Shown piece after piece: positions 37,844-51,062 of a DNA stretch of 64,000 bases (position 1 is its first letter; each line of letters starts with the position of its first letter). Made by a program: the position numbers and the translations under genes. This DNA comes from Moniliella sp. 'wahieum' (Eukaryota): contig RSEE01000022.1 in assembly GCA_003971905.1 (NCBI GenBank), positions 186,001 to 250,000 on the forward strand, read 5' to 3'. Below the pieces are notes generated by a model. It saw nothing but the letters and a program-made list of their open reading frames with translations, did no database searches and was not told where the DNA came from.

Positions 37844-40800
37844 ATGCTGTCTGGCGCTGCTCGGCTGCTGCCCCCCTCCCCCTCCCCCTCCCACCACCCG
37901 CCTTCGACCTGCTCTACACGCGGCCCAAGGTGTATGTCCACCCCACCCCCTATGCGCGCGACAATGTCCCCGGTGTTCTCGCCTCCTCCGCGACACCACC
38001 GCCCCCCTTCCGCCACGCCTCTGGCTCGCTTTCCTCCCCGAGGCTGCCCTGCCGCCGCGGACGACGCCTTGTCCATGTCCGCCCCGGCGCTCCCGCCGGG
38101 CTCGAGCTAGAGCTCGAGTCCGATGGCGACGCCACGGCCTGGCATGACGCGGTTCATGCTACCGTCATCTCCTTCTACATCTGCATATCTCGCGCTGAGG
38201 CTGCCCCCGTCCTACGTCGATGCCCTCCCTCTTCGCTCAGACCGCCCCCTAGCCGGCCTGCCGCCACCGGCACGACCGATCGCGTTGCCTTGAACACTAC
38301 CTTTACCCCCCGAACAGTATGCGTTCGCCTCTTTGCTGCTGTACAGGGATTGGTGCTAGCAGCACCCACCTTTTCTCAGTGGTAGCAGCGTAGTGTCCTC
38401 TTCAAGTCGGACACGGACCCTGCAACACATCGGTGCAGCTGCCGACCCTCTTCTACCATGATGATGAGTCAGTCCGAACGGTCGACCTTGATCACGAGTC
38501 CGAATTCGAGACCATTCCGGCCACGCGCTTGCGCATAACCGACAAGATCATCTTCCGGGGGCACACCGTGCCCCACAGCATGCGTGGGCGCGAATCCTGT
38601 CATTGCTGCTGGGAGGGCCTTGGGATCCCCATCCTCTAGTTCCCATTCAGGATCCACCTTGAGTCGCACTTCTACTCCTGTCACTCAGCGCCCGTCCTCC
38701 TCGGATTCCAGTCCCGCGCACCGACTTCCGACGCCAACATGGGGGGGGGATGAATTGGTGACGGTGATGCGGAAGTACAACCAATGTCTTCCGATCCCTG
38801 CTCCAACCGGGACTTGTCTTACTCAATCCAAGCCCCGAAATGATGGCCATCATGGAAGTCCGTACTACGAGGCCGACGCCATCGATCGGCCGGTCCGCCG
38901 CACCGGTGTTTGGGGTCGCTTGACCGACCCAGGCTCCTCTCCCGGCCACCCTCTCCCTTCTCTGGGTGGTCCCCAGCACTCCACCGAGGCTGACGAGCAC
39001 GATGCTGGCCTGGACGATATCCATCGTCTCGACCCATACTTTTTATGGGAATCGACTCGATCGCTCGTCTTGACCCGTTTCGCTTCCTCTGACGCAATCG
39101 GCGCGGCAAGCATCGCAGCACGTCCTTGCCAAGTCCGCTGCACCAGGGAGCTCAGTAGATGCATCGTTCCCAACACCTTTGAACTCTGGCTTTTCCCTCC
39201 TTACCCATCAGCGGCTCAGTATCACACTGATCCAGCGTCAGAAGGTGCGACACCACGTTCGGATGGTTTGAGTGTCGTGCTTGGCCAAGGGGATCGGCCC
39301 CGTTCATCTTCTCCTGTTCCAACAGCGGAGCATACTAGTTCGGTTGGTACATCTGCTCCACTCCGTCGAGCCGCCAGTGCCTCTGGCTCCGTTCAGACCC
39401 AGCACAGTCGAGCCCTCGGACGGTCCGATGGGCCCAAAAGTGTTCGTACGCGGATGCGCGACTATCTGCATATCGGCCTCAGTCCCTTGACTAAGCCAGT
39501 CCAAACATTGGCCCAGGCGGGCCGGTTCCAATGGGACCTCTGACGGATGCGGAATGGGGACGGATTTCGCAGCAAGGTGGTGTCGAATTTGATTCGGCTC
39601 GCACGTATCTTACTCGCTGGGCGCGTTTGGTGGCCGATGCAGGAGAGCGGTGCCGTCGCACGGAAGAGGCAGGTGTCCCTCCAAGCGTCACAACTCCTGA
39701 TACGAAGAATGAGTCAAGCACACCGTTGTCTCCTGGTGCTTCTGCTCCACTCCCCTCATCTTCGGCAGACGAGCCGCCTCCAGCTCCCGCTGATGAGGTC
39801 GATGAGGAGATCGGGCAACTGGGGGTATTCGAGCTGCTCGCCCGTTGCCCGGATGTACCCCTACTCCCTTCTACGCGTGCCCAGGCGATTCACTTGGGCC
39901 CAATCTCGCTGGAGGAATGGGAAGGATGGTTTGAACCTCGCACGGGTCGTCTTGCACGCCCTGTTCGCAGCGTCAAGCAAGCTATCTTCACCCGTGGCGT
40001 CGCCCCTGATCAACAGGGGCAAACCCCCCAGGCCCGGCAAACGATTTGGCCTTTCTTACTGGGTGTGGTGGCTTGGGAAAGCACTCGGTGTGAGCGAGAG
40101 GAAGCATGGGAGAGCAAGCGCGAAGAGTACCAGCGGTTCAAACGCTTTTGGGAACACGACCCTGTCCTCCTTGCACGAGATGATGTGCTGGACCAGCGGA
40201 GTCAGATCCGAAAGGATTGTCTCCGCACCGACCGGGGCCACCCAATGTTTAGCTCGCAGGACAATCCGATTCGATCAAACGGACACATGGTGGTCCCTCC
40301 CTTTCTCCGGCACCAAAAGTCTTGTCGGCTAGCATCATTCAAGAGAAGGAATGGGCGCATGCGGGCTCGTCGGCAATCAGCATGTGGCCCGCTGGGCGAA
40401 ATTTGTTGACGTATGGGTTTTGGGAAGCACACCAGGCCGCCTTGGAGCAAGCGCTGGCTGCTGGTGAGCCGCCGCCACGGTTGGACCCTCGGACGTTTCG
40501 GTATCAGCCGTTGGGAGACCAAACAGCGACAGTCGTTGGGGGGTATGCGCAGGGCATGTCCGACCTATGTGCGCTGCTTTACATTGTCTGCCATGGCGAC
40601 GAAGTGTTGACATTTTGGTGCTTTGTACACCTCATGCAACGCCTCGCACCCTCTTCTTTGCCGATCAGATTGCCATCGCGGGGCCGCTGCTCCGCCTGCA
40701 GCGCCTTCTGGCCCTTATGGATCCTGCGTTCTACGCCCACATCGAGCAGGCTGGCGGTCTCAGCTTATTCTTTGCCTATCGGTATGTACATTCTCCGAGA

Positions 40801-41952
40801 GACACCTTGGTTGATGACTGATCATTGTGAATGGTGGGGATCAGATGGTTTCTTGTGGGCTTCCGGCGCGAATTCAGCGTACCCGACACGCTCAAGTTGT
40901 GGGACTGTATGCTAGCCGCTGAGTTTACTCCTTTGTCTCGCACCCCCTCGGCTCGGCCGTCTGTTGTGTCCGCTCCTCGGCCCATGCAGGAGCCAACGGA
41001 ACCGGTCCCGAGCCGATGGGGTCTCTTTTCTCCTCGCTCGCCAGATCTGCTGGAGTTGAGCCAGGGGACCCATCCGCCGTGCCCGACTCGTCGAACGGGT
41101 CCACATCGTGGCATGTCCCTTTCCGCCCAGATCCCAAGCCCCTGCACGCTCCCAACGCACCCGTCCCCGTCCCCACAGCGCCCGAGCCGAGAGTGGGACT
41201 TACAAGCGGGTTCAGCCTGTTTGTGGCGCTGGCCATCATGCAGTCGAAACGTGAGGTGATCATGACCGAATTCTTTGACTTCGCCGATATTCTCGGCTAC
41301 ATCAATGGCCTTCACCACAAACTCGACGTGGAGCAGATCATTGCTGCTGCCGAGAAGGCAGCGCGTGCTGCCAAAGTTCTCTTCGCGTGCGGGATGTGGC
41401 CGAAGGAGACGGAGCGGAGGTCCTTACGCCTTCCTCTCCTCTGGATGAGTGAGGTGCGGTGAATCCGGTGTCTCCATTTCTCGACAGAATCGAAGACGTT
41501 CGTCTGGTCGGATCTCCATGTCGTCGAGCAGCTTTCCATGTTCCTGCCCGTCTTGGTCCCGCTTGCCCGATCCTCCTCGGGTTCAGGATGGTCAAAACTG
41601 GGCTTGGTGATCGCACCGGTGAGATTGAGGGTCACGGGCGGGCGGAAGATGGGCAAGCGGCCCTCGTTCCTCCCCCCCCGTTACGGACGAGCGCGAGCGG
41701 GGTGGGGAGCTCGATTCCTGTTCTCACCGGGTTTGGGCGGTGGACGAGGAAGACTTTGTGCTGGGTATGGACGAATTTTCGTCGTCGTTAGATCTACCCG
41801 GCCCGCCCACCCTCCCGTGCGAAGCGGCAGTCGATGAGACAGAGGCGGAGGAAATACGGGCGGCACAGGCGCTAGCTCGGTCTAAAGGGGCGCTACCGCT
41901 TTGCGCCCGCATTGCCGAGGCGGATGAGTTACTACGAGACTTGGTCCTATAA
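37844..41952 (+). CDS. GYP7: TBC-domain Rab GTPase-activating protein, Gyp7/TBC1D15-like
   Basis: N-terminal LLYTRPKVYVHPTPYARDNVPG, LPTLFYHDDES and WGGDEL; TBC motifs IWPFLLGV, QIRKDCLRTDR, GYAQGMSDL, FWCFVHLMQR, FAYRWFLVGFRREF. Multi-exon and frameshifted. Confidence 0.88.
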
Positions 41953-42621
41953 CGAGCGTCTCTTATTGTGCGCCCCTGCCCCCCTCCCCACCTCGCGTCT
42001 TCTCCCTCCTTCCCCTTCCCATACTGTCTTGGGTACGCCTTCACGATCGCTGTTTTCGCACCCGCCATACCCCTACCCGACGCTCCTTGTTGTCCTCATC
42101 TGTGCTCCTTTGTTTCCCCTACTACGTCTCTTTCCCCTTTTACCCCCCTCCCTTTTTCCCCCTGCCCCTGATAGTCCCTTCCCTCGCCCCGCTGCTACTC
42201 CAAGGCTGCTTCATGTTTGCCTGTCTTGATTTTTGTATAAATACGACCTGTCCACCTTCTTTACGTGTTCCAACTGGCGCGGGCGGAGCCTCCTACTGTG
42301 CATAAGCGAAACGTACGTGTCGCTCTAAACAAGTTTTGCTCTAAAGTCTAGGCTCAAAAAGAGCGAAGTAGTGGAAAACATGGCTGATGCAATGGGCAGG
42401 CCGATAGTCAGTGGTTAGTCGAATGACGGGGGGGATGGTATGGTTACTAAACGAGACCGCACGGGAAATCCCAGATGATGGCATAGTTGATATATGATTT
42501 ACATGGAAGGTTTTGTTTGGCTGGGCATGGTGTGGGCGCCCTCCATGGATGAATAAACAGTTGACGAACAATTCATACTGAGGGTTACACTCAGGAGACA
42601 GATGGGGGGCTATGTACAATT

Positions 42622-43492
42622 TTAGGCCAAGCGAGCAAGATAAGCATCCCATCCGGCCTGGCGGGCGCTGGGCCTCAAGCTTGACCTGCTCCATCGCTTG
42701 CGCCTTTACCGTCTCATCAGCCCCAGCCTCGAGCGCCTTGAGCAGCGGGCCGTAAATGCCACGGCCAACGATCATCACGTCGGACTGGGACTCACGCACG
42801 ACTTGGTCGGGGGTCGGTATTGCTGGCCCAGTGCGTCGCCCGCGACCGCAAGATTGACCCCGGGGGTAAGTACCAAAAAGTCCTGCTGCTTAGCAGCCGG
42901 GGTAGCGTGGGCGGCATAGTACGTTTGGTCTACCCGGCCCATCGCAATGAATCCGACAACAAAGCCAGTCGTGTCGTCCAAAGCGGCGGCCACACTGGCG
43001 TCCGTATAGGGCTCGGTGCACAGGTTGCCCTTGGAGCTCATCTGGGCGAGCAAGAGGCAAGCACGGCCCTTGGGAACGCCGGCCTTGGCGAGCCCAGCAA
43101 TGATACCAGGTCCAGGGACGAGGTGGGCGTTGGTGAGGTGAGCCCAGTCGGCAATGCGGTAGACGCCCTGGCTGTACTGCATGGTCACCGTGTTTCCAAT
43201 GTCGGCAAACTTGCGGTCCTCAAACAGCACCACGTCCAGCTCGGTACTGAGCCGCTCCAGCTCCGCCGCCAGCGACGGAGTAAAGTCCGTGACAATGTCA
43301 ATGTGCGTCTTGACCATGCACGAACGGCGCAACAGCGCGGACGACCGCCAGGAGGTCCTCCGCCCGAGTCACGTCCACGCTCACGCACAAGTTGGACTGC
43401 TTGCGCTCCATCGTCTCGAGGATGGAGCGCGCCGTGGGGTTAGAAAAGTGTGCTGCGCGCGCGCCATACGGTTGGGTGGGGAAGGTGGACAT
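42622..43492 (-). CDS. URA3: Orotidine-5'-phosphate decarboxylase
   Basis: YGARAAHFSNPTARSILETMERKQSNLCVSVDV, KTHIDIV, FEDRKFADIGNTV, LLLAQMSSKG, LTPGV, GDALGQQY, IVGRGIY, C-terminal GWDAYLAR-stop; a few single-base indels. Confidence 0.97.
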
Positions 43493-43656
43493 GGGCAGGA
43501 CTCGTGACGAAGGGAGTCGGTGGTGGTTAGGTGGTGGTGCAAAAGCAAGACACCAGGGTATGTACGTAGGTGCCTCAGGGCCAGAAAAGTCACATGGCCA
43601 GAACATTTCCGCTGCATCGGTGCAACTGGGCCACCTGAACCACCGGGGCGCGTAAA

Positions 43657-43764
43657 CGCGTAACGTTAAACGTTAAACGCCCTAAATATTAAATCTCGCT
43701 AAAGTGCTTGTCCCGCGAATCGTCCTTGAAGCTTGAAGCTTGAAGCTTGAAGCTTGAAGTTTCA
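43657..43764. repeat. TNA-palindrome lattices in the URA3 promoter
   Basis: ACGT TAA ACGT TAA (43663-43676); TAA ATAT TAA (43683-43692); (TGA AGCT)x4 TGA AGTT TCA (43727-43764). Confidence 0.9.
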
Positions 43765-44111
43765 ATAAGGCGCACGTGGGCAGGAACAAAGAACCAGCGC
43801 TTTCATGGGGAATCGATACCCTCGGCCGACATGGAATGGTGCCCCAATTCGGTACTGGCGACAGTCGAAAAGTCTTGGTGTGCTAGAAGAGATACGCAAG
43901 CTGGGCGACGGTGCGGCAGCGTGGTCCGTCTTATGAGTCGGCGAAGCGGCAACAACCGTTTGTGCTCCGCTACGTTTGCAATTTGCCTACCTTAGGGTTA
44001 TTGCAAAACGTAGGCGAAGGGACAGAGGAGGCCCCTCGCCTACTGAGCTCGCTCAACTACGTCCAGCGTTCGCTGGCAACTCGTTCCCCGGTGGTAACAA
44101 ATCGGGTGTTG

Positions 44112-44283
44112 GTGTCACAGCCGGGGCTAGGGTGAGGGAGACCAAAATCGGGACTAGGCCAATAACCCTAAGGGGAAGAAGCAAGAGCAGAGAACATGGT
44201 GCGAGGTGGAAGAAACAGGGAAGGAGCGAGACGCTCGAGACGAAGAAATTGGACATGGGAGCGAGATCAGTCAAACGATGACA
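44112..44283 (+). repeat. Diverged dispersed repeat, paralogous to 55778-55983
   Basis: Collinear shared blocks GTGTCACAGYCRGGGCTA, CGGGACYAGGCCAA, GGGGAAGAAGCAAGA, GAAGAAATTGGAMATGGGAGCGAGATCA and CAAACGATGACA. Confidence 0.8.
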
Positions 44284-45545
44284 GTTGGGGCTGCCCTACA
44301 CGCCTACTCGAAGATCTCTGCCGCTGATGCTCTTGGGGATCCAGTGTGGACCCCCGTTTGGTATGACACTAGATGACTCTATAGTAGACCTATTTGGGTC
44401 ACACTATCGGCCTGGCTCACCGGCCCCGTCCTCCCATTGGCCCTCTGCTGAAGGAGGAGTGGAATGGAGGATGTGGTTCTGAGGAAGATACAGGAGGCTA
44501 TGAGAAGTAGGGCCTTATATAGCCGAGGGTACCGCGGAGCTGAGAGCGTCCGGGCTGATAAGAGGAGTGATGCCTGTCATATATCACGCAGAATGATGTG
44601 ATTGGGGCATCGCCCCGACACCATCCGCGGGAGCTGGACACAGACAACAGTTACAGAGAATGAGAGGGAAGGGCGTTGCCTGGCAGGTTAACGGTGGATT
44701 GACAAGGATGTTGTACAAGGACGAAAGATGAGAGGAAGAGGCAAATGTGGACGAAGACGAAATAGGTAAAAGCCCGCTAGGGGGAAAGGAGAATGGGTCA
44801 AAGGTTATACAGACAGTATCTATGTTGTATAGGGGATAGACAACACCATGAAGAAAGGAGAAATTAATCGAGATTGGTGGCTCCCACAGAAAAGGAGCAC
44901 AGGCCACCAAGTATTAGGGAAATGGTCCCACATTCGGTCAGGCGGGAAATGAGAAAGGCGCCAGGAGAGAATCTCACTGCGAGAGAACGAGGAAGTGTGC
45001 AGATCACAGGAAACTGAAGTCCACAGATCCACGCGAGACGGGCAACCCGGGTTTGGAAAGAAAGTGGAAGAGACGACTTTTGACGGGGAATCGGACCCAC
45101 CATCTTCGGTATTGTAGCCACGGATTTGCTTCTGGCCAACACTGCACTATATTGAGCCTGGATGGAGTGTCAATAGGGGAAGATTAACCATATATATTGA
45201 TTGACCTCCAACGATCAGGAGGCTCAACTTTTGAAGCTCACTTGCATCCACGACCAAAGACCAAACATAAAACGATGGGAACATGCTCCGTTTAGACAAA
45301 CGGAGTGCATGGGTTTGCTTTCAACATTCAGACAAGCCAACCTAGTCTTGACGTAGTACGTAGGCCCATAATGCATAATCGATAATCCAGGCAAGGCAGG
45401 GAATGGGAGGGGACGGGCTCGGCCACCTCGGCCGCCTCGGCCATTGCCTGGGACATGTGCACGTGTCATGTGACAGAAGCCACTGGCTACGCCTGTGTGG
45501 CATGCGACGCGTGACGTATAGACGAGAAGCCGCGCGGCCGGAAGA

Positions 45546-46286
45546 CGATCGATGATCGATGGATCAATATTGAGATGCAGGCCGCGGCCTAGCGCGGACG
45601 GAGGTCTAGTAGGGCAGAGTGAGAGCCTACCGGACCTAATTTGTTGACCAGTGCCGGTGATTCCGGTGACTAGTGACTCGTGACTAGTGACTAGCTAGTG
45701 ACTAGTGACTGGTAACTAGGTGAACGGTGACCCTGTGTCGAAGGTTGCGTGGTTGAACGTTGCACGTAACTGAGCGGACTGAACCAGTGTTCATCGAGCA
45801 GATCTGATAGAAAAATGGGAAACGAAGGGCGATCGCCAGCATATGTCCGGCGGACATTACTGAGAGGGCGTTAGTTTTCAGTACTTCGGCCGGGGGTGCT
45901 TCTCAGCAGTAGCACACTGCCCTGGTGCCTCTGGCCAAGACCAACTGCGGTAACTAAAACTAGTACCTAGTAGGTCGTTACCTTAGGGTTAGGTCTGCTA
46001 TTAGATCTTCACGCTTCAACCAACTAGTCTCTGGTCGCCGTCACGCGTCACGCCTGAGGCTGAGGAGGATGCCGCGGCTTTTGAGATCTGAGATTGGCCG
46101 GGTGCTCGCTATCCACACACCAAACTCCGGACCCCGTCTTCAAGCCCGCGGCCGAAAACTAGCAGCAAAGCAGCAAAACCCTAGGCCCGGTGTTGAAGAA
46201 ACGCGACGCTCTGCCACGCTCTCACTGTGTGACATGAGTAATCGAATCGAGAATCATTAATCGATAGTCATCGAAGTCATCGATCA
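45546..46286. repeat. TNA-palindrome lattice cluster upstream of the ABC transporter
   Basis: TCGA units 45546-45559; (TGA CTAG)n 45667-45719; TCA CGCG TCA 46041; TGA GATC TGA 46082; TCA TCGA TCA 46277. Confidence 0.85.
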
Positions 46287-46478
46287 TCCTGTCTGATTTT
46301 CAGCTGCATCTTCGGTATCGTGTACTAGCGTCCATCACGATCAGGCCCGGCAACTGGTCCGTATACTCCAACAAATACTTATATCCGATCCAACGCAACC
46401 TGGGCCCCAAGCTGCCTGCCCCCTCCTCCCCACCCCCTCCTTCACCCACCTCCTTCTTCCTGCGGGACGCTGTGCGCA

Positions 46479-49400
46479 ATGAGTGCCGGCGTGACCCACG
46501 CTCCTGGCATCGCATCCGCTGGGGTGCAGTCGCCCCAAACAGGCGCTTCCTCCGAGCCCGGCGCCGACCAGCTCACGCCGATCGACACTTCGGAAGTTCC
46601 CCCCGCCGAGTACAAAGGCGAGCTTTCGGATCTGCATCGATTCCTCCAGACTACCTGGATCGACGACCCCACGCACTTGCTGCGCCGCCCATGGATGTGG
46701 CGTGGAAGGACTTGCAGGTCACCGGCGTTGGGGCTGGTTCCAAGCATGGCCAGACTGTGCTGTCGATGTTTTACTCTCCTTTTTCTCCCAGCACCATCAA
46801 GTCCCTCCTTAACCCTCCTGTCAAAACCATTATTAACTCCACCACTGGTGCGCTCAAGGCCGGTGAGACGCTCCTTGTCCTTGGCCGGCCTGGCTCTGGC
46901 TGCACCACCTTCCTCAAGACCCTCGCTAGTTATCGGGAGGGATACCGCTCTGTTGACGGTGAGATCACCTACGGCGGCGCTAGTCACAAGACTATTGATG
47001 GTCCCTTGGTACGTCCTCCTGTTTCTCGCTTTATCTGCTTTCCACCTCTGCCCCCAACTAACCCATCCACCTCTTCTTAGCGCGGCGAGGTTGTCTATGC
47101 AGGCGAAGATGATATACATTTCCCATCTCTCAGCGTGAAACACACTCTCAGCTTTGCTACTGCTGGTCGCACGCCTCAGGAGTCTGTACGGCCACTGATG
47201 GGCCAAGCGAAGCCTAGCCGCGCCACCTACATCAACGAGGTCCGCGATGCCCTTGCGCGTACCCTCGGCTTGACTCACACATACAACACACCCGTTGGCG
47301 ATGCGCAAATCCGGGGTGTCGGGTGGTGAAAAGAAGCGCGTGAGTTTGGTCGAGATTATGGCTCTTCATGCCCGGGTCATGTTGCTTGACAACCCATCCC
47401 GTGGCTTGGATTCCAGCACAGCCGTTGAGCTCGCTGCGGCGCTCAAGACCCTGTGCAGGGTGACAAAATCGAGTTGTGCAGCGTCCATGTATCAAGCCGG
47501 TGAGCCCGTATACAACCATTTCGATAAGGTGGTTGTCCTCAACGCTGGGCATGTCATCTATTACGGTCCATCCGATCAGGCGGTTGAGTACTTCACCGAC
47601 CTAGGCTTCGAGCAGTTTGAGCACCAGACCTCGGCCGATTTCCTTGTCGGCGTGACAGATGTTGCGGCACGCAGGGTGCGTCCTGGCTTTGAGAAAAAGG
47701 TTCCCGTGACTCCGGAGCAAATGGCCGAATGCTGGATCAATAGCCAGCAGGGTATCGCAAGCGCCCAGGAAGCGGATGCCGTGCTTGCAGCAGGTGCCCA
47801 GAGCGACACGAAGGGCATGGTTCAACAGTTGCACAAACAGCGGAAAAGTGGACGACCAAGAACACGCCATTCCTCCTCACTTGGGCGCAGCAGATTCGCC
47901 TGTGTATCAAGCGCCGTGCACAAGTCCAGATGGGTGACCTGGCGACACCCATTGTGATGTCCGTGGCCGTTTTGATTCAAGGTCTGATTAACGGGTCTGC
48001 ATTCTATCAAATGCCCAAGACAACCGCTGGCTTTTTCCCCCGAGGCGGTGTGCTCTTTTTCCTTTTGCTCTTCAACTCGTTTATGGCCCAGACCGAGTAA
48101 CCATCTCATACACCCAACGTCCCATTGTTATTCGGCACCGCAAGTTTGCGTTAGTCCATCCATCTGCTGACGCTCTGGCCAACACATTACTGGACATTCC
48201 GATTCGCACGGTCAACGTGACTCTCTTTACCATTCTCATTTATTTCCTCACTGGCCTCTCGTACACGGCCGACCAGTTTTTCATCGCCTGGTCGGTTATC
48301 ATGCTTGTCACTGTCATCATGGTCGCCATCTTCCGTTCCATTGCGGCCGTGTTCCGGCACTCGTCGGACGCAATGTTGGTCAGTGGTCTCATTGTCTTGT
48401 GGTTTGCGATCTACGCTGGCTATGTCGTCCCGCGCACGTCGATGGTCATCTGGTGGAAGTGGCTCTCCTACTGTAACCCGGTCGCGTGCGTTTACCCCTT
48501 TGCTCTCTATAGCATTCGTGTCTCACCGTATTAACATCTCTACTTTGTCTGTGCAGATTTGGCTTTGAGATTCTCATGACGAACGAGTTCCGTCGAATCA
48601 ACGCTCCCTGTGCTGGTCTCGTGCCCAACTACCCCAACGCCGCGCTAGCCAACAAGGCATGCACCGTGGCGGGTGCTGTTTCAGGACAGACGACCGTTAA
48701 TGGTCTGAGTTACTTGGAGGCCCAATATGGGTACCTCTGGAAGAACAAGAATCGGAACGTGGGCATCCTCATCGGATACTTTGTCTTCTTTGTTCTTTTA
48801 TGCGGTCATGACCGAGCTCCAATCCGACCCATCTACTCAGGGGGGTGTAATGATTTTCCGTCGGGGGGTCAAGAACACCGTCTCTCAAGGGAACTCGAGC
48901 AGATGACCGAGGAAAAGATTCAAAAAAGCGTCAGGAGATTCGGAGACAGTGGACGGTGCCCTTGCCCAACCAGCGACGATATCTTTGCTTGGCGCGACGT
49001 GACCTACACTGTCAACATCAAGGGTGGCGAGAAGCGACGCCTGCTAGACCAGGTAACTGCCTGTGTGCAGCCTGGCAAGATGACGGCCTGTAAGTACTGC
49101 ATCGCCTTTCCACCCACGGTATGATACTACATGGTTCGATGCGTAAGTGATGGGTGAGTCCGGTGCAGGCAAGACGACATTGCTCAATGTGCTGGCGCAG
49201 AGGGTAGACACGGGTGTTGTGACGGGCGACTTTACTGTCAATGGCTGGCCTCTCTCTTCTGCTTTCCAACAGCAAACAGGATATTGCCAACAACAAGACA
49301 CCATCTGTCAACAGCCACGGTACGCGAGGCGCTCCAGTTCAGTGCGCTACTCCGCCAATCGAGTGGTACACGAGAGGAAAAGTTGGAGTATGTCGAGGAG

Positions 49401-51062
49401 GTCATTCGCATGCTCGACATGGAGCTTTTCGCCGACGCTCTGGTTGGAGATGTGGGAGAAGGCCTTTCTGTTGAGCAAAGGAAGCGTCTCACTATTGCTG
49501 TGGAGCTGGCTGCTAAGCCTAAACTGCTACTCTTCCTTGACGAGCCCACGTCTGGTATGGACTCGCTGGCGGCTTGGTCGATTGTCCGATTCCTCAAGAA
49601 ATTGGCAAACTCGGGCCAATCCATTCTTTGCACAATTCACCAGCCTAGTGGCGAGCTTTTCTCTCAGTTCGATCGTCTCATCTCCTCAAGCGCGGTGGGC
49701 AAACCGTCTTTTCGGGAGACATCCACAATGAAACGAATCTGCGGTCGCATGCTCGACTACTTTGAGGGGGTTTCGGGACAGAAGGTCGGCCACGGCAATC
49801 CAGCCGAGTTTATGCTCGAGTGTATTGGGGCGGGTGCAACGGCCACAACGGACAAAGACTGGGCTCAGCTCTACAATGACTCTACACTGGCTCGTGACAT
49901 GCGCATGGAGGTGGAAAAAGTCATGGCGCGGCGTCAAGACCCAGGATGGCGCCCGGAGGAAGGTGACGACAAGAATCGGGAGTATGCTGCGGGCTTTGGG
50001 ACCCAAGTCAGTCAACTCGTCAAGCGTACCGCAGTACACTACTACCGCCGGCCTGACTATCTCTTGGGCAAGATTGGGCTCTACGTTGTGTCAGGCCTGT
50101 TTATTGGCTCCTCCTTCTGGGGCAAGGAGAAAAGTCGACGGTCAACTCCCTCCAGAACAAGCTATTTGCCACTTTCTTGTCGCTGGTTATCGTCACATCT
50201 CTGGCTCAGCAGATTATGCCTGAGTACCTCGTACTGCGTGACCTCTTTCAAATCCGGGAGCACCCTTCAAAGATGTACTCATGGGTGACCATGCTCCTTG
50301 CCTTTTTCATCGTGGAGACTCCCATCAACTGGTTCGGTGGTACTCTCTTCTGGATTCCGTGGAACTTTATGGTCAAGGCGCAGGAGAAGGCATTTACCTG
50401 GTTCTGGTACGCCATTCTCTTCCAGAGCTTCTGGACTTTCCTCGCCACAGCAATCCAAAATGGGGGCTGCCAATTCAATGATTGGTGGTGTCATCTTTGC
50501 CCTGATTCTCAGTATTATCCTCCTCTTGAGCGGTGTGGTACAACCACCACCTCTTCTTCCCGGAATTTGGCGAGGGATCTCCAATGCTAGTACCCTTCGG
50601 TACTATATCGAGGCGGTCGTTGGTGCTCTATTGCACAAAAAGCGTATCGTTTGCGCGCCCAAAGAGCTGGCGGTCATTCATCCCCCGGCGAACCAGACGT
50701 GCGATCAATATCTCTATGGCTTTAGCTCCACCTTTGACGATCCCAACCCAGTCGGTACCGGGTACTATACCACCAACGCTGACGGAACATGTGGATACTG
50801 CCAATACCGTTATCAGACCGAGTTCCTCACCAACGATGACCTTCACGGTTCGGATCGTTTCCGTGACATTGGGTTTCTTTGCGCCTACATTGCCTTTAAC
50901 TTCTTCCTTGCCTTTTTCTTCTACTGGCTGTTCTACGTCTTTAACCCGTCCAAGATGATGGCCAAGCGCAAGGAGAGGAAGCAAAACCAGCGCGACCAGG
51001 CTGAGATGGCTCAATTCGCCGATCCGGGTCAGGATATCGAAAAGGTGGACCAGACCGCCTAG
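46479..51062 (+). CDS. Full-size pleiotropic drug resistance (PDR/ABCG) ABC transporter
   Basis: NBD1 [42 protein letters not shown]2 [71 protein letters not shown] loop; several introns. Confidence 0.95.
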
